The notes under the pieces: model-generated
Database searches by the model: none
What the model was told of the DNA's origin: nothing
Seen by the model: the letters and a program-made list of their open reading frames with translations, nothing else
Translations under genes and position numbers: made by a program
Shown: piece after piece, positions 41,154-54,600 of the stretch
Layout: each line of letters starts with the position of its first letter
Numbering within the stretch: the stretch's first letter is position 1
Assembly (NCBI GenBank): GCA_020137815.1
Contig: CM035358.1
Span: 4,278,001 to 4,342,000, forward strand
Direction of reading: 5' to 3'
Origin: Hormiphora californensis
Taxonomy: Eukaryota > Animalia > Ctenophora
Length of the DNA: 64,000 nt

Positions 41154-41832
41154 CTCTCTCATCCTTCTCTCTCTCTCTCTCTCTCTCTCTCCTTCTCTCT
41201 CTTCTCTCTCTCTCTCCTCTACTCTCTCTCTTCGTCTCTCATCTATCCTCTCTCTCTCTCTTCTCTCTCATCTCCTCTCTCTCTCTTCTCTCTTTCTCTC
41301 TCTTCTCGAGCTGATGTCTTCCTTTCCACCAGGTTACAAGAACTACGGAGGTTGTGCTGCTGGAAACCACGTGTCGGATTCCACCAAGGGGGCCCTCAAC
41401 CAACAGCTGAACAACGCACCTGCCAGTTATTTCGGTGAGAGTCAGAATCAGAGAGTTTCTATTACTATACACAGTAGATACTCAGATGAGATGGATCAGA
41501 AGTACGGAAAAAGAGAGAAAAGTTATCTATGTGACTATTGCAGTTATTTGGTAGAGCTATATAATCAGCGATTGCAGATTCATATAGACACTATCGGTAG
41601 AGATAGAGAGCTTAGGATATCAAGAGTGAGATAAACGGAGAAGACTAGATCTATATCAGAAGTTGTTATTTCATCAGCTACGTTCCACAGTAAAACATTA
41701 TAATCACCTCTCCCAGGCCACGTGCTCAAATTCAAGAAGGCTGGAACGTGTGTCTACATGGCCAGTCGAAACAACAACTTCACCAACCGTTCCCAAAAGG
41801 GAGTCCTCTGGGTCAAACCTAAATCCGAGTAA
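31033..41832 (+). CDS. DD3-3-like secreted protein B, ~697 aa, 16 exons (31033..31124, 31539..31674, 32163..32288, 36837..36953, 37958..38106, 38404..38662, 38821..38923, 39126..39244, 39419..39600, 39681..39796, 39974..40104, 40313..40424, 40525..40649, 40824..40932, 41333..41434, 41717..41832)
   Basis: [104 protein letters not shown]; CDS 2094 nt, in frame, all GT-AG. Confidence 0.9.
32296..35845. mobile_element. 3.55-kb non-autonomous TIR element (CCC...GGG ends, 2-bp TSD, possibly CMC/EnSpm-type) filled with a 62-bp satellite
   Basis: ~125-bp TIRs CCCTAGTCAGAATATAATACG...; TT duplicated; empty site preserved at ~35959-35975. Confidence 0.88.
32510..35010. repeat. 62-bp tandem arrays in inverted orientation (~8 forward, ~32 reverse units; switch at ~33037)
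   Basis: Unit TCTAAAACAGGTCCCTGTCCCAATACAGCTCTGCCACGAATTGCTACTGTGTTCCTCCGTCT. Confidence 0.95.
36443..36514 (+). tRNA. tRNA-Glu(CTC), copy 1
   Basis: 72-nt cloverleaf, anticodon arm TGTGG-CTCTCAC-CCACA, T arm CCGGG-TTCGATT-CCCGG, followed by TTTTT. Confidence 0.9.
36589..36660 (+). tRNA. tRNA-Glu(CTC), copy 2
   Basis: Identical to copy 1; 146-bp period. Confidence 0.9.
36735..36806 (+). tRNA. tRNA-Glu(CTC), copy 3
   Basis: Identical to copy 1. Confidence 0.9.
37740..37975 (+). repeat. Tandem ~42-bp copies of the gene B exon 5 acceptor
   Basis: CTCCCTCCTTTAG|GACTACAATCAGCCC repeated; only the last copy continues into the exon. Confidence 0.9.
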
Positions 41833-42696
41833 TTAATTGAGTTGTAAGAACTGGGAAACATGATCAAATGGATACAACTAAACAGCCGGAAATGGATTTG
41901 AGTAAGAATGCAATGGCGTGATATCACGTGTCGTTACATGTACATGTGAAGTACGTGATTGTGCACGTGACCTTGTGTAACTTAACTGTTGTATGAAGGT
42001 TCAAAAAACTCTGTTAGGTCAATGCTCTGACTGTGGTTCTTCACATAGAAATGAGAATAGGGTCAGGCCAATGCTCTAACAGAGAAAAAACTTGCATGTG
42101 CATGTGTGGGAACAGTGTTTTTAGCTGGATTTGTGTCAATTGTATGTTACCTCTTGTGTATAAAAATGTGTGACCTCTGCCCGAGTCAAAAAAGAAAAGA
42201 AATGTGTTGTTTAATCTTTCAATATAAAATAATGGATTATATAACTAATGTCTTCATCCAGGGGTTCTGTCAAGAAACTAATTAATTGTTCATTTGGCAT
42301 ACGCTTTGGTTACGAAGTTACCCCTTGCCAGTGCGCGCGAAGGTCCGCTGTATCAAGGCTGATAGTGGCCGTGTGCACTGGGGGTCTGCATGAGCGCATT
42401 CCAAATACTAGGACACAGTGTCAAGCGATTCACTAATAAGAAACGTGCCTTGCTCGAGCAGCTGTTTCCCGTGCCCCGAGTTTGAACAGAACAACAAGAA
42501 AAACACCTGAAGGGCTAAACGATAATGCCATATTCCCTGATGTCAACTATGGGCAAATGTTTGGATTGCCTAAATTCCTAAATCGAACCCTTCAATCTTA
42601 TAGTATAGGATTGATTGACTAATAAATGTACCTACTCATTAACCAAACGACCCTGCACTTCATCAAATTCTAATTGATTCCGCAATGTGTAATAGC

Positions 42697-45554
42697 ATGA
42701 GAGTAGGTTTTGTGCTCGCCACGCTCTTCGGGGCCATGGTGGCGGATGTATACCTCCACAACCCGAGGGGATCCAACAACCGACTAAATGAGAACACTGC
42801 CGTCCGAAACAACGCAAACAGACTCTTTGATTCGCAGGTAATTTTATTACAAAGTTACGTCATCAGTCATCAGTGTCACAGCTTTAATTATCATTTATCA
42901 TCACGTAGTTCATACACCTTTTCAGTAAGACTACCTGTGTTAATTCCCACTAAAATTATAAAAGGGTGTTTGAATCACGTAGCGTGAAACAAAGTTTTCA
43001 GAGAGGGAAGAGCTCTTCCCACACTGAACACGTAATGTAACAGTTAAAGAACACACGTGGGCACTGGGCTCGCATCGTTTGTTATCTTCCAGCTCTCACC
43101 TCGGATGGGTAGATAGAGAATAGAGATAGACAGTAGTAGAGGAGCAGTATATATTATATAACTAAGTTGAGACACCTGCATTCGTCGCTACCATAGTAAC
43201 AACTTAGATAATTGTGGGCAGCTGAGTTTATATAATATTGCTTAAAATCTCTATGCACCGGCCTCAAACCTCTAGTCCTCCTTTCCTCTAGTTACTTATT
43301 TGCTGATGTTGGTATAGCCATGTTGTCCCTGTATAGAGCATATAACCAAGGTGTCTCTGTCAGGCCAATGCTCTGGGGGAAAACAGTCGTGCCTGAACCT
43401 GAGGTACAGGCCACGGCTATTTTCTACTGAGACCTCAGGTTTCAGTGACGGCTATTGCCTTAAATCTCAAGGAATAGCCGTCACTGAAACCTGAGGTCTC
43501 AGTGGAAAATAGCCGTGGCCTGTACCTCAGGTTCAGGCACGACTATTTCTTGGTGACATAGACACGCCAGGTGTCTATGTTACCAAGACTATTTCCCCCT
43601 CTGACCACAGTTCTTGCACACGAGAATAGGGTCAGGCTGCTCTGACAGTGGTGTCTTGTTCCTCATCAAATGATGTCTCTATGATAAAACCATGATGTCT
43701 TATTGTAGAATGTTGTGCCTGGAGCCCTAGATCAAAACCCGACAGTTGACCAACAGAAGAGATTGGGTGAACTATTAAAGTTTACTGATTTACTCTTCCA
43801 ACTTTCCATCCCATTTATGATACTTGGAGTGCTCTTGATCTAATCCCAAAATCTAAAACTAATCACTTTCTATAAGTAAATAACATGATCAAGTGTGTGG
43901 ATGGAGTAAATCTGTCAGTATTCCAACGGGATCTAGTAGAAGAATATCAAAGCATCTTGGAGATATTCTTCATCGTTTCAATCCCTATTTCTACACTTGG
44001 AATAGTTTTCAACATCTTATGTCTGACCTACTTCATCCGACACCAAGGACAGTCCCTGGGTGATAAACTGGTGATCGGACTAAACTTCTCGGATATATTG
44101 ACTTGTCTTGCAATGCCTCTGCACTGGTGGTTAGAGAGCACAGAGACCGTAGTTCCATTGGGTGTTGCCGCTGTGTATAGCGCCATTGCAACATTTATAT
44201 TTACCTTTTCTTTTGATCTTGCAGTGACTCTTCATGCCGTTAGGGTTGCCTCAATCCTATGGCCACTACGAGACCGTAAAGTTAAATATTTCATCCTCCC
44301 ACTCTCTATTCTTGAAGCGTTAAAACTTGGTAATTTGTTTGTCGCGGTTGAACAGTCTTCTAAGCCCGTATATTTGGCACAGTTCTGTGGTCAAGTCAAC
44401 GAATCAAATAATACCAGCTTTAACTTTTTTCAGCACTTGGGCTATGCGATTGTTTACTCAACTTTACTTTCTTTGATTATCGTGGGAACATTCAAAGCCG
44501 TTAAAACCCTAAAAACCTCGGTAATCAAGACTACTACAGCTTGTAAACGCCGTGCCTTGTCCACAGTTGTAATAATTGTGTCCATTCAAATCGCTAGTTT
44601 GATTCCTCTTGCCGCACTACTCACCTACTCTTCAGTCGCCCACAAACAGAGTGGGGAACTGATTGCCATCATGGGCAAGAGAGAGTACCACCTTCTCACC
44701 CTTTTTAGCGTCCTCTACATTACAGGGCTTATATCTTCAGTATGTAATCCAGTGGTTTATTTCGTCAGAATTCGTGCCATTAACAATTGGTTGAAGGGAT
44801 TGTGGAAGAAATGTTCTTTTTCAGTGTGATTCTGATGATGATAAAGTATTTGTATTAATTGTGAGTGAATGCTTATACGAATGCTTACTAGTTTGATTCC
44901 TTGCTTGGCATGCTGCTATTATTTGATTCCAATCTTTTATTCGAGCGTGGCAGGATTCTTTGGTAACGCAATTACCACTACATTGCGGGCACGCTAAAAC
45001 GTGCCTTACTATCGCAATTTGCCCTCTACTGCAGCTCTGAGGGGTAATTTCGTTACCAACAGGATTCTAGAGAATTAAGCCAATCCAATTCTGGAGAGAG
45101 AATAATGATCGGTTGATTGTTTATTAGCCGCATAATCAGTGAATAAGATTTTGATTTCTCCTTCGGCGCAAATGATCAGGATGTAGATAACATGTTATGA
45201 TTATTTATTTCCGGAACTACGAAATTAGTTGGATGGAAACGGTGACCAATTGTTGTAGAAGACACCTGCTCTCGGATTTATATTATGTTCCACTACGGAT
45301 TGGCTATACACGGCATCTTTTGCACTGGAACTCGCTGAGATCTCATCGTTCTGCTCATCTAGAATAGCTCTGCTGAAGGTGCACCAAAGCTCTCTATCTC
45401 TATACTCTCCTCGGGGGAGCTGAGACGGAAAGGAGAGCGAGGAGAGCGAGAGCGATCCTCAGAGAGGAGAACGGACGGAGAGGAGAGTAGAGAGCTAGGA
45501 CGAAGACGACGAGTAGAGACGATCGAGGTAGACTGTCTCATCCGCAGATTCTCT

Positions 45555-45635
<81 letters not shown>

Positions 45636-48600
45636 TTCTATCTTTCTCGCTTCTCCCTGATTTACCCCATCGATGATATTCGTAACCCGGGCCGGGCAAA
45701 GGTGTCAGCTTGACAACAAATGTGGTCACCTTTCCAGCCAACTAATTTCTGTTAGTTTTTGGCATAATTGGGGTATATTTTTGGTATCTTCTGATGTGAA
45801 ATACAATGTAAGACGTGTCTGGACGTGTAAAGACCGTCAGGAATCGCTAAAATACGAAAATTTCAATTTTGACGTCATTATGACGTCATAGCGTGACGTC
45901 ACGACGTTATAACGTCAAGATAGGGATTTATTATTATCAGGCTCATCTAGATAAAGATGCTGACCAAGTTTGAGATCGATTGGACAAGATTTGAGGTCGC
46001 TATGGCGAAAAAAGCATTATCGTCATATCTATTTTCATACAGTCTTAACACTTCAGACGCGATTTGAGACCCTTAGAAATAGAGTTTCACAAATTCGCGA
46101 TATAGTTTGTGAAAGTATAGACGATTATCTTTCGTAAGTGTGGTCTCCGTTTTTCAATCAGAAGCCGTCTTCAGGGTGTAAATTGAGCTCAAAGAAATTT
46201 GGTTGATTTGAAAAAACTCTTATCTTTATGACAGTTAGTCAAGACGTTCTGGTTGGAACTAGAACATGAAAACCATTCGTTGACACAATTTGAACGATTA
46301 TCTTTCGAATGCAACAAACGAGAAGTGTCTATCTCATGTCGTTTTCTCTCAAAAACGATTATAAATTTGGTAAAATAGCGTCTATCCATAGATAGATAGA
46401 CCCGGGACATTTATTGCTTTTGGCACGATGCTGTATCTCTAAAACTAAAAAAGATAGAGACTTGCCCTTTTAAACTACAGTAGATCTAGACTATGTGACA
46501 CTGTATACCAAATTTCAGACTGATTGGTGCAGTGGGGGCCTCGCTATGGGCGTCGCAAAATGCCATTTTTGGCTAAAAAGTGAAAAAAGTTATTACTGCA
46601 TTCTGGCACGCGCGGCTGGGGGGAGGGGATGGTCACCTTTGCGCTTGCCAGCGCAGTGACGTATTTTATTCTAGATAATCATGTTTTGTGAAAATGGTAA
46701 AACTTGTCCGGGGAACAGTTTCGTTGAAAGATTGAATCTTACGAACACAATTCTAGGCACCATCCTGTCTGGCGCCGCAGACCCCATCTGAGCGCACTGT
46801 TTGAGAATCAAATCGGGGTCTGGCGCCCCCAGACAGGCACCATTTATCCGACATCCTTCGGATCAGCTATCAACCGTATCCACTGCATTGCATCAAAAAT
46901 CCATATAAATACCGGTAGAAAATAAGAAAGTATCTCACATCTCTAATTACACTGCATAGCCAATCATTCATAATTCAAAATATAATCGGTATCACTATAA
47001 CCAGTTATTCATTGCACAATATAAAAACCTATCCTACGAGTTTATCAAAAATAAAGTGGTCTTCACCACTAAATTAAGAAGGTATTATACTAAACTCTAT
47101 TATATCCCTCTCTCTTTCTGCAGAACAACAACAGGGGAGGTTACAATACAGGTGATGCCACCTCGGGACGAGCCAACACCGACACCAGTGAACAATACAG
47201 CATGCAGTACTACCAGGTAGGTGTACACGCTAAGCTCCATCTTGTCATATTGTCATTGTATATTGTCATTCTGTCAATAGGAGCCAGCTGGGATATATTG
47301 TCTTTATTATATGAATTGTTCATACTTTCTTTTTATTCGGGAGCACGAACACAGTGTCAGGCAACTCAATCATTATATGCATTGTGTATATTGATTTTTA
47401 TCCTTTTTTTCAAACCAGAGTGGGGAGGAGGCAGCTGCTCAGAGCAAGCTAATCGTGGAGTGGACCAACCAACATGGTTGCGGTGGAAGCGAGGATTCCA
47501 GTCCTCACAAACTCAACTGTGATGTTGTCATCCAATACATGTGCCAGGTAAACATGTGATCTGATTACACGGTGTCCCTTAAGGAGGTGAAACCTCGACT
47601 AGATATAGTTTTTAGAGGGTGCTTTCAGGGCAAATATAAGCACAATTATTTTCGCTATAGCTTCTAAACGAAATAAGTTACATACTTCCCGTTTTTTGCA
47701 TCACGTTGGAATTTGTCTGAGCTTCATTTTCATGTATGAAGATGTATATTTTTCGAAATCTTATCTGGATTAGGGTTTGGGTCACCACACACCAAAGTTA
47801 AAATTAAAATTAAAATTTGACGTTTTTGGTCATAACTCTGCCATTTCTTGGCAAAATTGCCTCATTTTGGGCTTGTTGGAAAGAGGGCATCGAGCCCGTT
47901 CTGAACAGCTCAAGAAACTTGAAATCTGCGCAAAGTGTGCGGCGTTACAGTGCAAAATGTGTGCATTAAAATTTTAAAATTTTCCGGGGGGGGGCCCGCA
48001 TTTTTCCCCTTTTTTAAAAGGGCGCGAAAATTTTAAACCTTCGCGGGCCACCGCCCGTTTTTTTAGTTTTTTGAGTCTTGAGGGGTTTCGTGGGGGTTCT
48101 TTAGACCCCAAAAGGAAATTTTCCCGGGCGAGGACCAAAAGAAATTTTAATTTTTAAATTTTAATCTTGGGTTTTGGGGGCCCCCGTGAATGTAGACTTC
48201 AAAATCCAACCGTACCATTTTTGCTTAAATAAAAATCCGGCGTAAAAAAAAGGACTCATCACAAACTTTAAACTCATTAAAAACTATACGTATTCCTTCA
48301 ACCCAATTATTATTCACAAAAACCTTTAGATTTTTCAAAATTTTTCCAAAATTTAAGGAATATTATTATAATTTTTTTAAAACCCTCCCCAAACACAGGA
48401 AACCCTAATACGTGGTAAATCCGGAGGGCCAAAGAAGGAACAATACATCAGTATCCCGGATTTCACGCAATTCAAAAAGTTATTTTTAAGTCTTCCTCCA
48501 AGGAGCAGGTGGAAAAAGGCTCTAAGTAAGTTGATAAATAAATGTTATTTTGCTTCCCAGTAAAAAGAAAAGGCCTCCTTGTAAACCAAGTTACTATTCA

Positions 48601-51600
48601 CCAACCCCAAAATTTGGGCTAGGGGTTTTAAACCAAGCATTTGCATCCATCTTTAGGAAATTAATAAAATTTAAATAATAAGGATTCATTTTTCCCTGTG
48701 CGGCCCATTTGAACTAAAATATCTAACTTTGTTCCACTGAAACTATTAATTATCCGGTAAAAAAAAGTTTTATTATAAAAAAATTTTTATAATGACAATA
48801 TAGACCAAAAGCCCGCAATACATTATTCCCACTCTTAATTACACGAGTTTTGGAAAGGGTTGAATTTCCCAACCCAAAAGGGAATCAACCCTTCCCCAAT
48901 CTGGTGAACCTCTCCTACCTGGGGTGAACACATTTCCATTAAGGTGGTTTCGGATAAATCCTTAAAGGCCCCGTTTGGATCCCCTGTTTGGGTTTTTCCC
49001 CCTTTTTTTAAAACTTTTCTTTCTTTTTGTTTTTGGGGCGTTCCCGGGGCCACCCCTGGACAAGGGGGATTTTTTTTTTTAAATTATTTAGGGGGGGTTT
49101 TTTCGGGGGGGGTTTTTGGAGGTTTTTTCCTTTTTGGTTTTAGGCCCCGCAATATTTTGGGGTTTTCATTTTATTTTTAAAGAAACAAATTTGGGGGAAA
49201 ATTTAAAAAAGGGGGGGGATTTTTTGGGAAAGTAATTTGGCCCATTTTAAAAACCAAAAGCCGTTATTAAACTGAATAAAAGGTTTTTTCCGGCACTTTT
49301 TTTTATTTTTTTTTGGTGGTGGGCGGGGCGGTTCGGGGCGGGTGGAGGGTAGTAGGGATTAAAAAAATATCGGAGGTTTATTTTAGATCTAGATCTTGAA
49401 ATTGTTATTCAACCAGATAGTATTTACTCAACAATTAGTATCTGTATTCTGTATGCCTGCAGGAGCAGCGTACCTGCAAAGCAGTATCGGGGGAGTAGTT
49501 TTGCTACTGAGGTAGGAAGTTCATGTTGGGATTTTAATTAGTACTGCAGATAGTGCGTGACCTACATCGCAGATATTTCTATCTCTCTGCAGAGAGAGCG
49601 AGAGAGAAAGAGAGATCAGAATTCGAGAGAATGGGACTGGAAAATGCTAGACGGGGATGGTTGAAACTCAGTGGAGTGAGAGTAGGGATTAAAAAAATAT
49701 CGGAGGTTTATTTTAGATCTAGATCTTGAAATTGTTATTCAACCAGATAGTATTTACTCAACAATTAGTATCTGTATTCTGTATGCCTGCAGGAGCAGCG
49801 TACCTGCAAAGCAGTATCGGGGGAGTAGTTTTGCTACTCACTCTCCCTCTTTCTCTCACTAATTATCCCCTTATCACGTTTTGTTGTTTGCTATTTCCAA
49901 GAATTTCAATCTCCCTCTCTCGCATCTCTCTCTTTATCTCTCTCTTCTTTTCACTGTTTCAAACTATCAGATCTTGTCTCCCTTGTGTTTAAGAGTTGCA
50001 GTAGTGTCTGTTAGTATTTTTGAGTGGATTTTTGCTTAGTCTGCACCTTGTTTTGTCACATCTCTCTGTGTGTAATCACCCAAAATTATGATTGTTTTGC
50101 TTTTCATGTGTTTTCTCACGGAATATATACTCAATAACGTCCTGCACGGCATGTGCAAGCGCCCCTATATCGCACTCGTTACACTCGTGCAATATAGGTG
50201 TGAAATGCACTCCAGCTGCGCTGTCGTGCATTTCACCTCCATATACGCTCTGCAGTGCAGAGCGTATATGGCGCGCTTGCACTGCGTGCAGAACGTTATG
50301 TACTATATAACAATAGTAATATTACAATGTGATTAAACGTGATGGGAGTTGAGGAGGAACAAAATAGGAATAAAGTTAGGGGGATTGGGGAAGTTATAGG
50401 AGTTCTTCTTCTTCTTCTTCTCCCGGTGCCGGGTTAGGGATTAGAAACCCAATCGAACTATCACGACTCTCATCATCGCCATTATATGGTCGACACTTAT
50501 GAGTTAAGAAGTAGAAAAATAGGAGGACCATCGAGTGTACCTCGAGGGATAAAGAAAAATTAGGAACTTGTTCTTATTTAGCAATTTTAGGGATAATGAT
50601 GACTCCTCAGAGGACTATGAGCAGCGCTGGCAGTAAAAGATGCTACAAACAATGAATTTCTTCCGCAGTAGAAAAAAAAGCACTCTGCCCCCAGTTAGCT
50701 ATCTCTACTCAACCACAATATTGAGGCACTAGTTTGGGGTTTCAGCCAAGCCCATACTGCATACACCATCTGTATTAGACTCTCACAGTCAGATAAGATG
50801 TGGATGAATTCAGTTGTTTTCCTTCTGGCAGGACAAGATGAACAGTGAACTACTACTATACTTTCACTGTTTATCTCTTCATCTAGCAGCCTATCTATTC
50901 ATCTCATCCGGCCTAAATAATATTGCAAGTTATTAGTGTATAGGTTTATTGATTTTTCATAATGAACAATCAATGTTAGATCTCTATTTGTCCGCTATAA
51001 CATTCATTGCCAGCTACTGTAAGAGTACACAGAGTTTTGAAGATTTGAAATTTCTTGAATCTTGAGAAATGGAAGTCAAACTTCTTCTTCACCCCCAATC
51101 TGGTGTGATATCTCGCTAACACTATTGGCTGGTGAACCCTACACGTGACCAAATTGACGCCTGTGTAAACCCATGTAATGGAAATCCTATCACGTGTCCA
51201 GTTTCGATCTCCTGATTGGTTTTCTACACCCATACACGAGGGGTGATCCGGGGCTTCACGTGGTATACACGTGGTTCACACCAAGGACCTAAAGTGAGGT
51301 TTTGGAAAGCGTTCGACGACACCCCTCTCGAGACAAGTCTGAAAAATTTTCCTTGTGTAACTCTAAAGAGAGCTTATTTATTAAGTGTGCTTTAAGTTTC
51401 GTCGAAGAGCCCCAGGTTGTTCGCCTTGAGAAGACGCACATTTTGGTGTAAATCTTATTTTGGTTTACATCTGCAGCCACAGGAGCCAAATACGTATTTG
51501 CAGAGTGGCCATCTTTGATGGGCCACAGTAAAGAGAGCTTTTGACCAAATCACACAAACCCGGGACCAATTTGTAGCAAATCGATTGTATGTCTAGAAGC

Positions 51601-54600
51601 ACAAGATCATAACTTGTAAGAAAATATTTTAAAAATCTCTAGAAAGCGTAAAAAGTCGAAAATCGCTGAAAAATGACAGTTTTTGCCGTTTTACGCAAAA
51701 ACGGCTACGTTTTTGATTTTAATTTTATGTTTTTCGGATTCCTCGGTCAAAAATACGTAACCTAGGTCCGGTCTCCAAAAAACTATATCTATAAGTCGAG
51801 GTTTCAGGAGGTTATGAGGTTCAGGAGGTTATGAGGAGGAATAAAATAAGGGATTGGGGAAGTGATAGCTGAGTTCTTCTTCTTCTCCCGGTGTCGGATG
51901 AGAGAAATCCAATCGAACTATCACCGTCATTATATGGTCGACACTTATGAGTTAAGAAGTAGAAAAATAGGACGACCATCGAGTGTATCTTATACTTCGA
52001 GGGATAAAGAAAAATTAGGTACTTGTTAGCCGGATGATATTTTAGTTCACTGTGCGATCCCGGCTGGCGCCGCGGACCGCATCTGAGTGCACTGAACTGA
52101 GAATCAAATCAGACCGCACTGTGGAGAATCAAATCGGGACCCGACCCGGTACAAAACACCATTCAATATGTGACTCATAAATCCCCTGCACAGGACGACG
52201 TGACTCAGACCCAGATTGCTAATGGAGCTAACACCAACAAGGATGTTTACCTCCGTGATGGAGTCCAGAGGAACACCCAGAGCTATCAGGATCCTAATCG
52301 GGTAGGTTTAACAGTGCCGCTAGTAGAAACGGTGGTAATTTGCTCGGGGTCAAATGCTATTAATTTCCTACATGTGGGGGGGGGGGGGGAGTTTATCCTC
52401 CCGGTAAATTGGGGTCCGATTGTATTTTAAATTTAAAAATGGTATAAACTTAGTTTGTGCTGCAGTTGAAAAATTATTCTCCCCTATCCCGCAGGGTGAC
52501 GACAATAATAATGGCAACAACTACAACAACAGGATTCAAAACAACGTCAACCGACTTCAGATGGGTCGAGGTAAGTTGTATCTTCGAGAGTCCTGGATCC
52601 TCATATCTTCGGGATCCTCATTAATTATTGCCCCTCCCGCCATATGGGGCTTATCTTTGGAATCCCTCACGCCATATCTTCCCCTCCTTGAGATGAGTTG
52701 TAGCAGGGGAGGGGGACCTCCTGTCTCTCAGTTCAGTTTATTGATACGCAAATTGGTAATCTCAACCCCTGCAGGTTACCTCCTCTTCCATGACTCAATG
52801 CACATCACTCATATCTCACTGCAGGTTCCATGACTCAATGCACATCACTCATATCTCCCCGCAGGTTCCATGACTCAATGCACATCACTCATATCTCCCC
52901 GCAGGTTACCAGGAGTCAATGATCTCATATCTCCCCGCAGGTTACCAAGAGTCAATGATCTCATATCTCCCTGCAGGTTACCTCCTCACACACATCACTC
53001 AACAGGTTACCAGGAGTCAATGCACATCACTCAACAGGTTACCATGACTACACATGACTCCCCGCAGGTTATCAGGAGTCAATGATATCCTATGACATGT
53101 GCAAGTACCGGGAAGCTAACGGGGGTCTTTTTACCGCTGACCAACAGCTCAACAACGGTAACTTACAATACGTGGATGCCAGTAGGACCCGACAGAATCC
53201 TAACGGACAAAGGAGAGGGTTCGAATGCCCCGAGGAGAGAGATTACTTCCCATATTGGCAACCAACTCTCATGACACAGTGAGTATACAACCATGTGTCT
53301 ACCTTTTTCGGCATTTTTAGGGCTTAACCCCGGGGCCTTTTTCCCCTGGAGCACCAGACTCCAGACTCCAGACTCCAGAGTCCAGGTGTCCTTAACACTG
53401 GATGGCACGGTGAGACAGGGTCGAGCAAGGGGCAACTAAACTTGGTGGTACAGTCACAATTCGTTGTTTTGCTTGGCGCGGGAGTTGTAAGGGTGACTGT
53501 GTCACCAACAACACTGTGTCACCAACAACTCTAAACACGTGCCCCCTATAATAATTTAGGACGTATGATGAAGACAACCAGCAGACCCCCTGGATCGACC
53601 TGGCCTTCCTCACCACCAACACTTCTCGGTGTGAGTACATCAAGGCTAACTCCTTCAACCAAAATGGAAAGGCTCGGTGTGTGGTAGACGGACCCGGAAC
53701 CCGAACCTACTCAAGAGCCATTGATAAGGTTTGTGAGAGTTCACAAATTGTGTTGCTATGCCTACCAATCATCCACTATATATCACCAATCAGTGACAAT
53801 CACCGGGGTGTGTCTTTCAGCATCACTACCATGCAGCACACTACCATACAGCATACTCCATGAACTGTAACCATTGGTTACACAAACTGGCTACAGCTGA
53901 ATCTGTTACCATGACAACCCCAGGACTCTTGCGAGGATGATGGTGATGATGGTGATGATGGTGAGTGGGTGACATTCCATTCCTATCTTGAGATCCTCAC
54001 TGATGAGAACACAGAGGCCAAGTGTAATGCTGTCATTGCTGCTGATAAAAGTGGAAACAAGGTCTCCTGGATGTCCCTCAGGGTGAGTTAAATTTGGCAG
54101 ATTGTTCATGCTGCTCATACAATTCATATATTGATTGGTGTCTCCTCGTGATACACTATGAAACTGTCAGAGCATTGGCCTGACAGCGGAGCGTGCGAGA
54201 ACTGTGGTCAGAGCATTGGCCTGACAGCTATGAAACGAATTGTATCGACCGTAAAAACCACAGTTGTTTTTAGCTTGTAGATATATTGTACTTTAACATA
54301 TGGTTAGATTGTTGCTATTTACGGGGTTTCCAAACCGTCACATCTCCCCCAATTGCAGAGCGACGAGCCTAATGACAAGAAGTGTGTGGTACAGGCACCT
54401 GAGATTGACTGCCAAGCAGCCCCCTGGAGCCGTGTGAACCATCTGGGAAACTCCCCTGATGCCGCCGGAAATGCCTCTCGATACGACGCCGTATTCCCTT
54501 ACTTCCCCAGGTACTTGGACATTCGTCATTCATTGAGAAAACACGTCAGCTTTTGGCCATTCAGTGAGGATATGTGAGCTTTTTGGGCCGTGACATTGCC

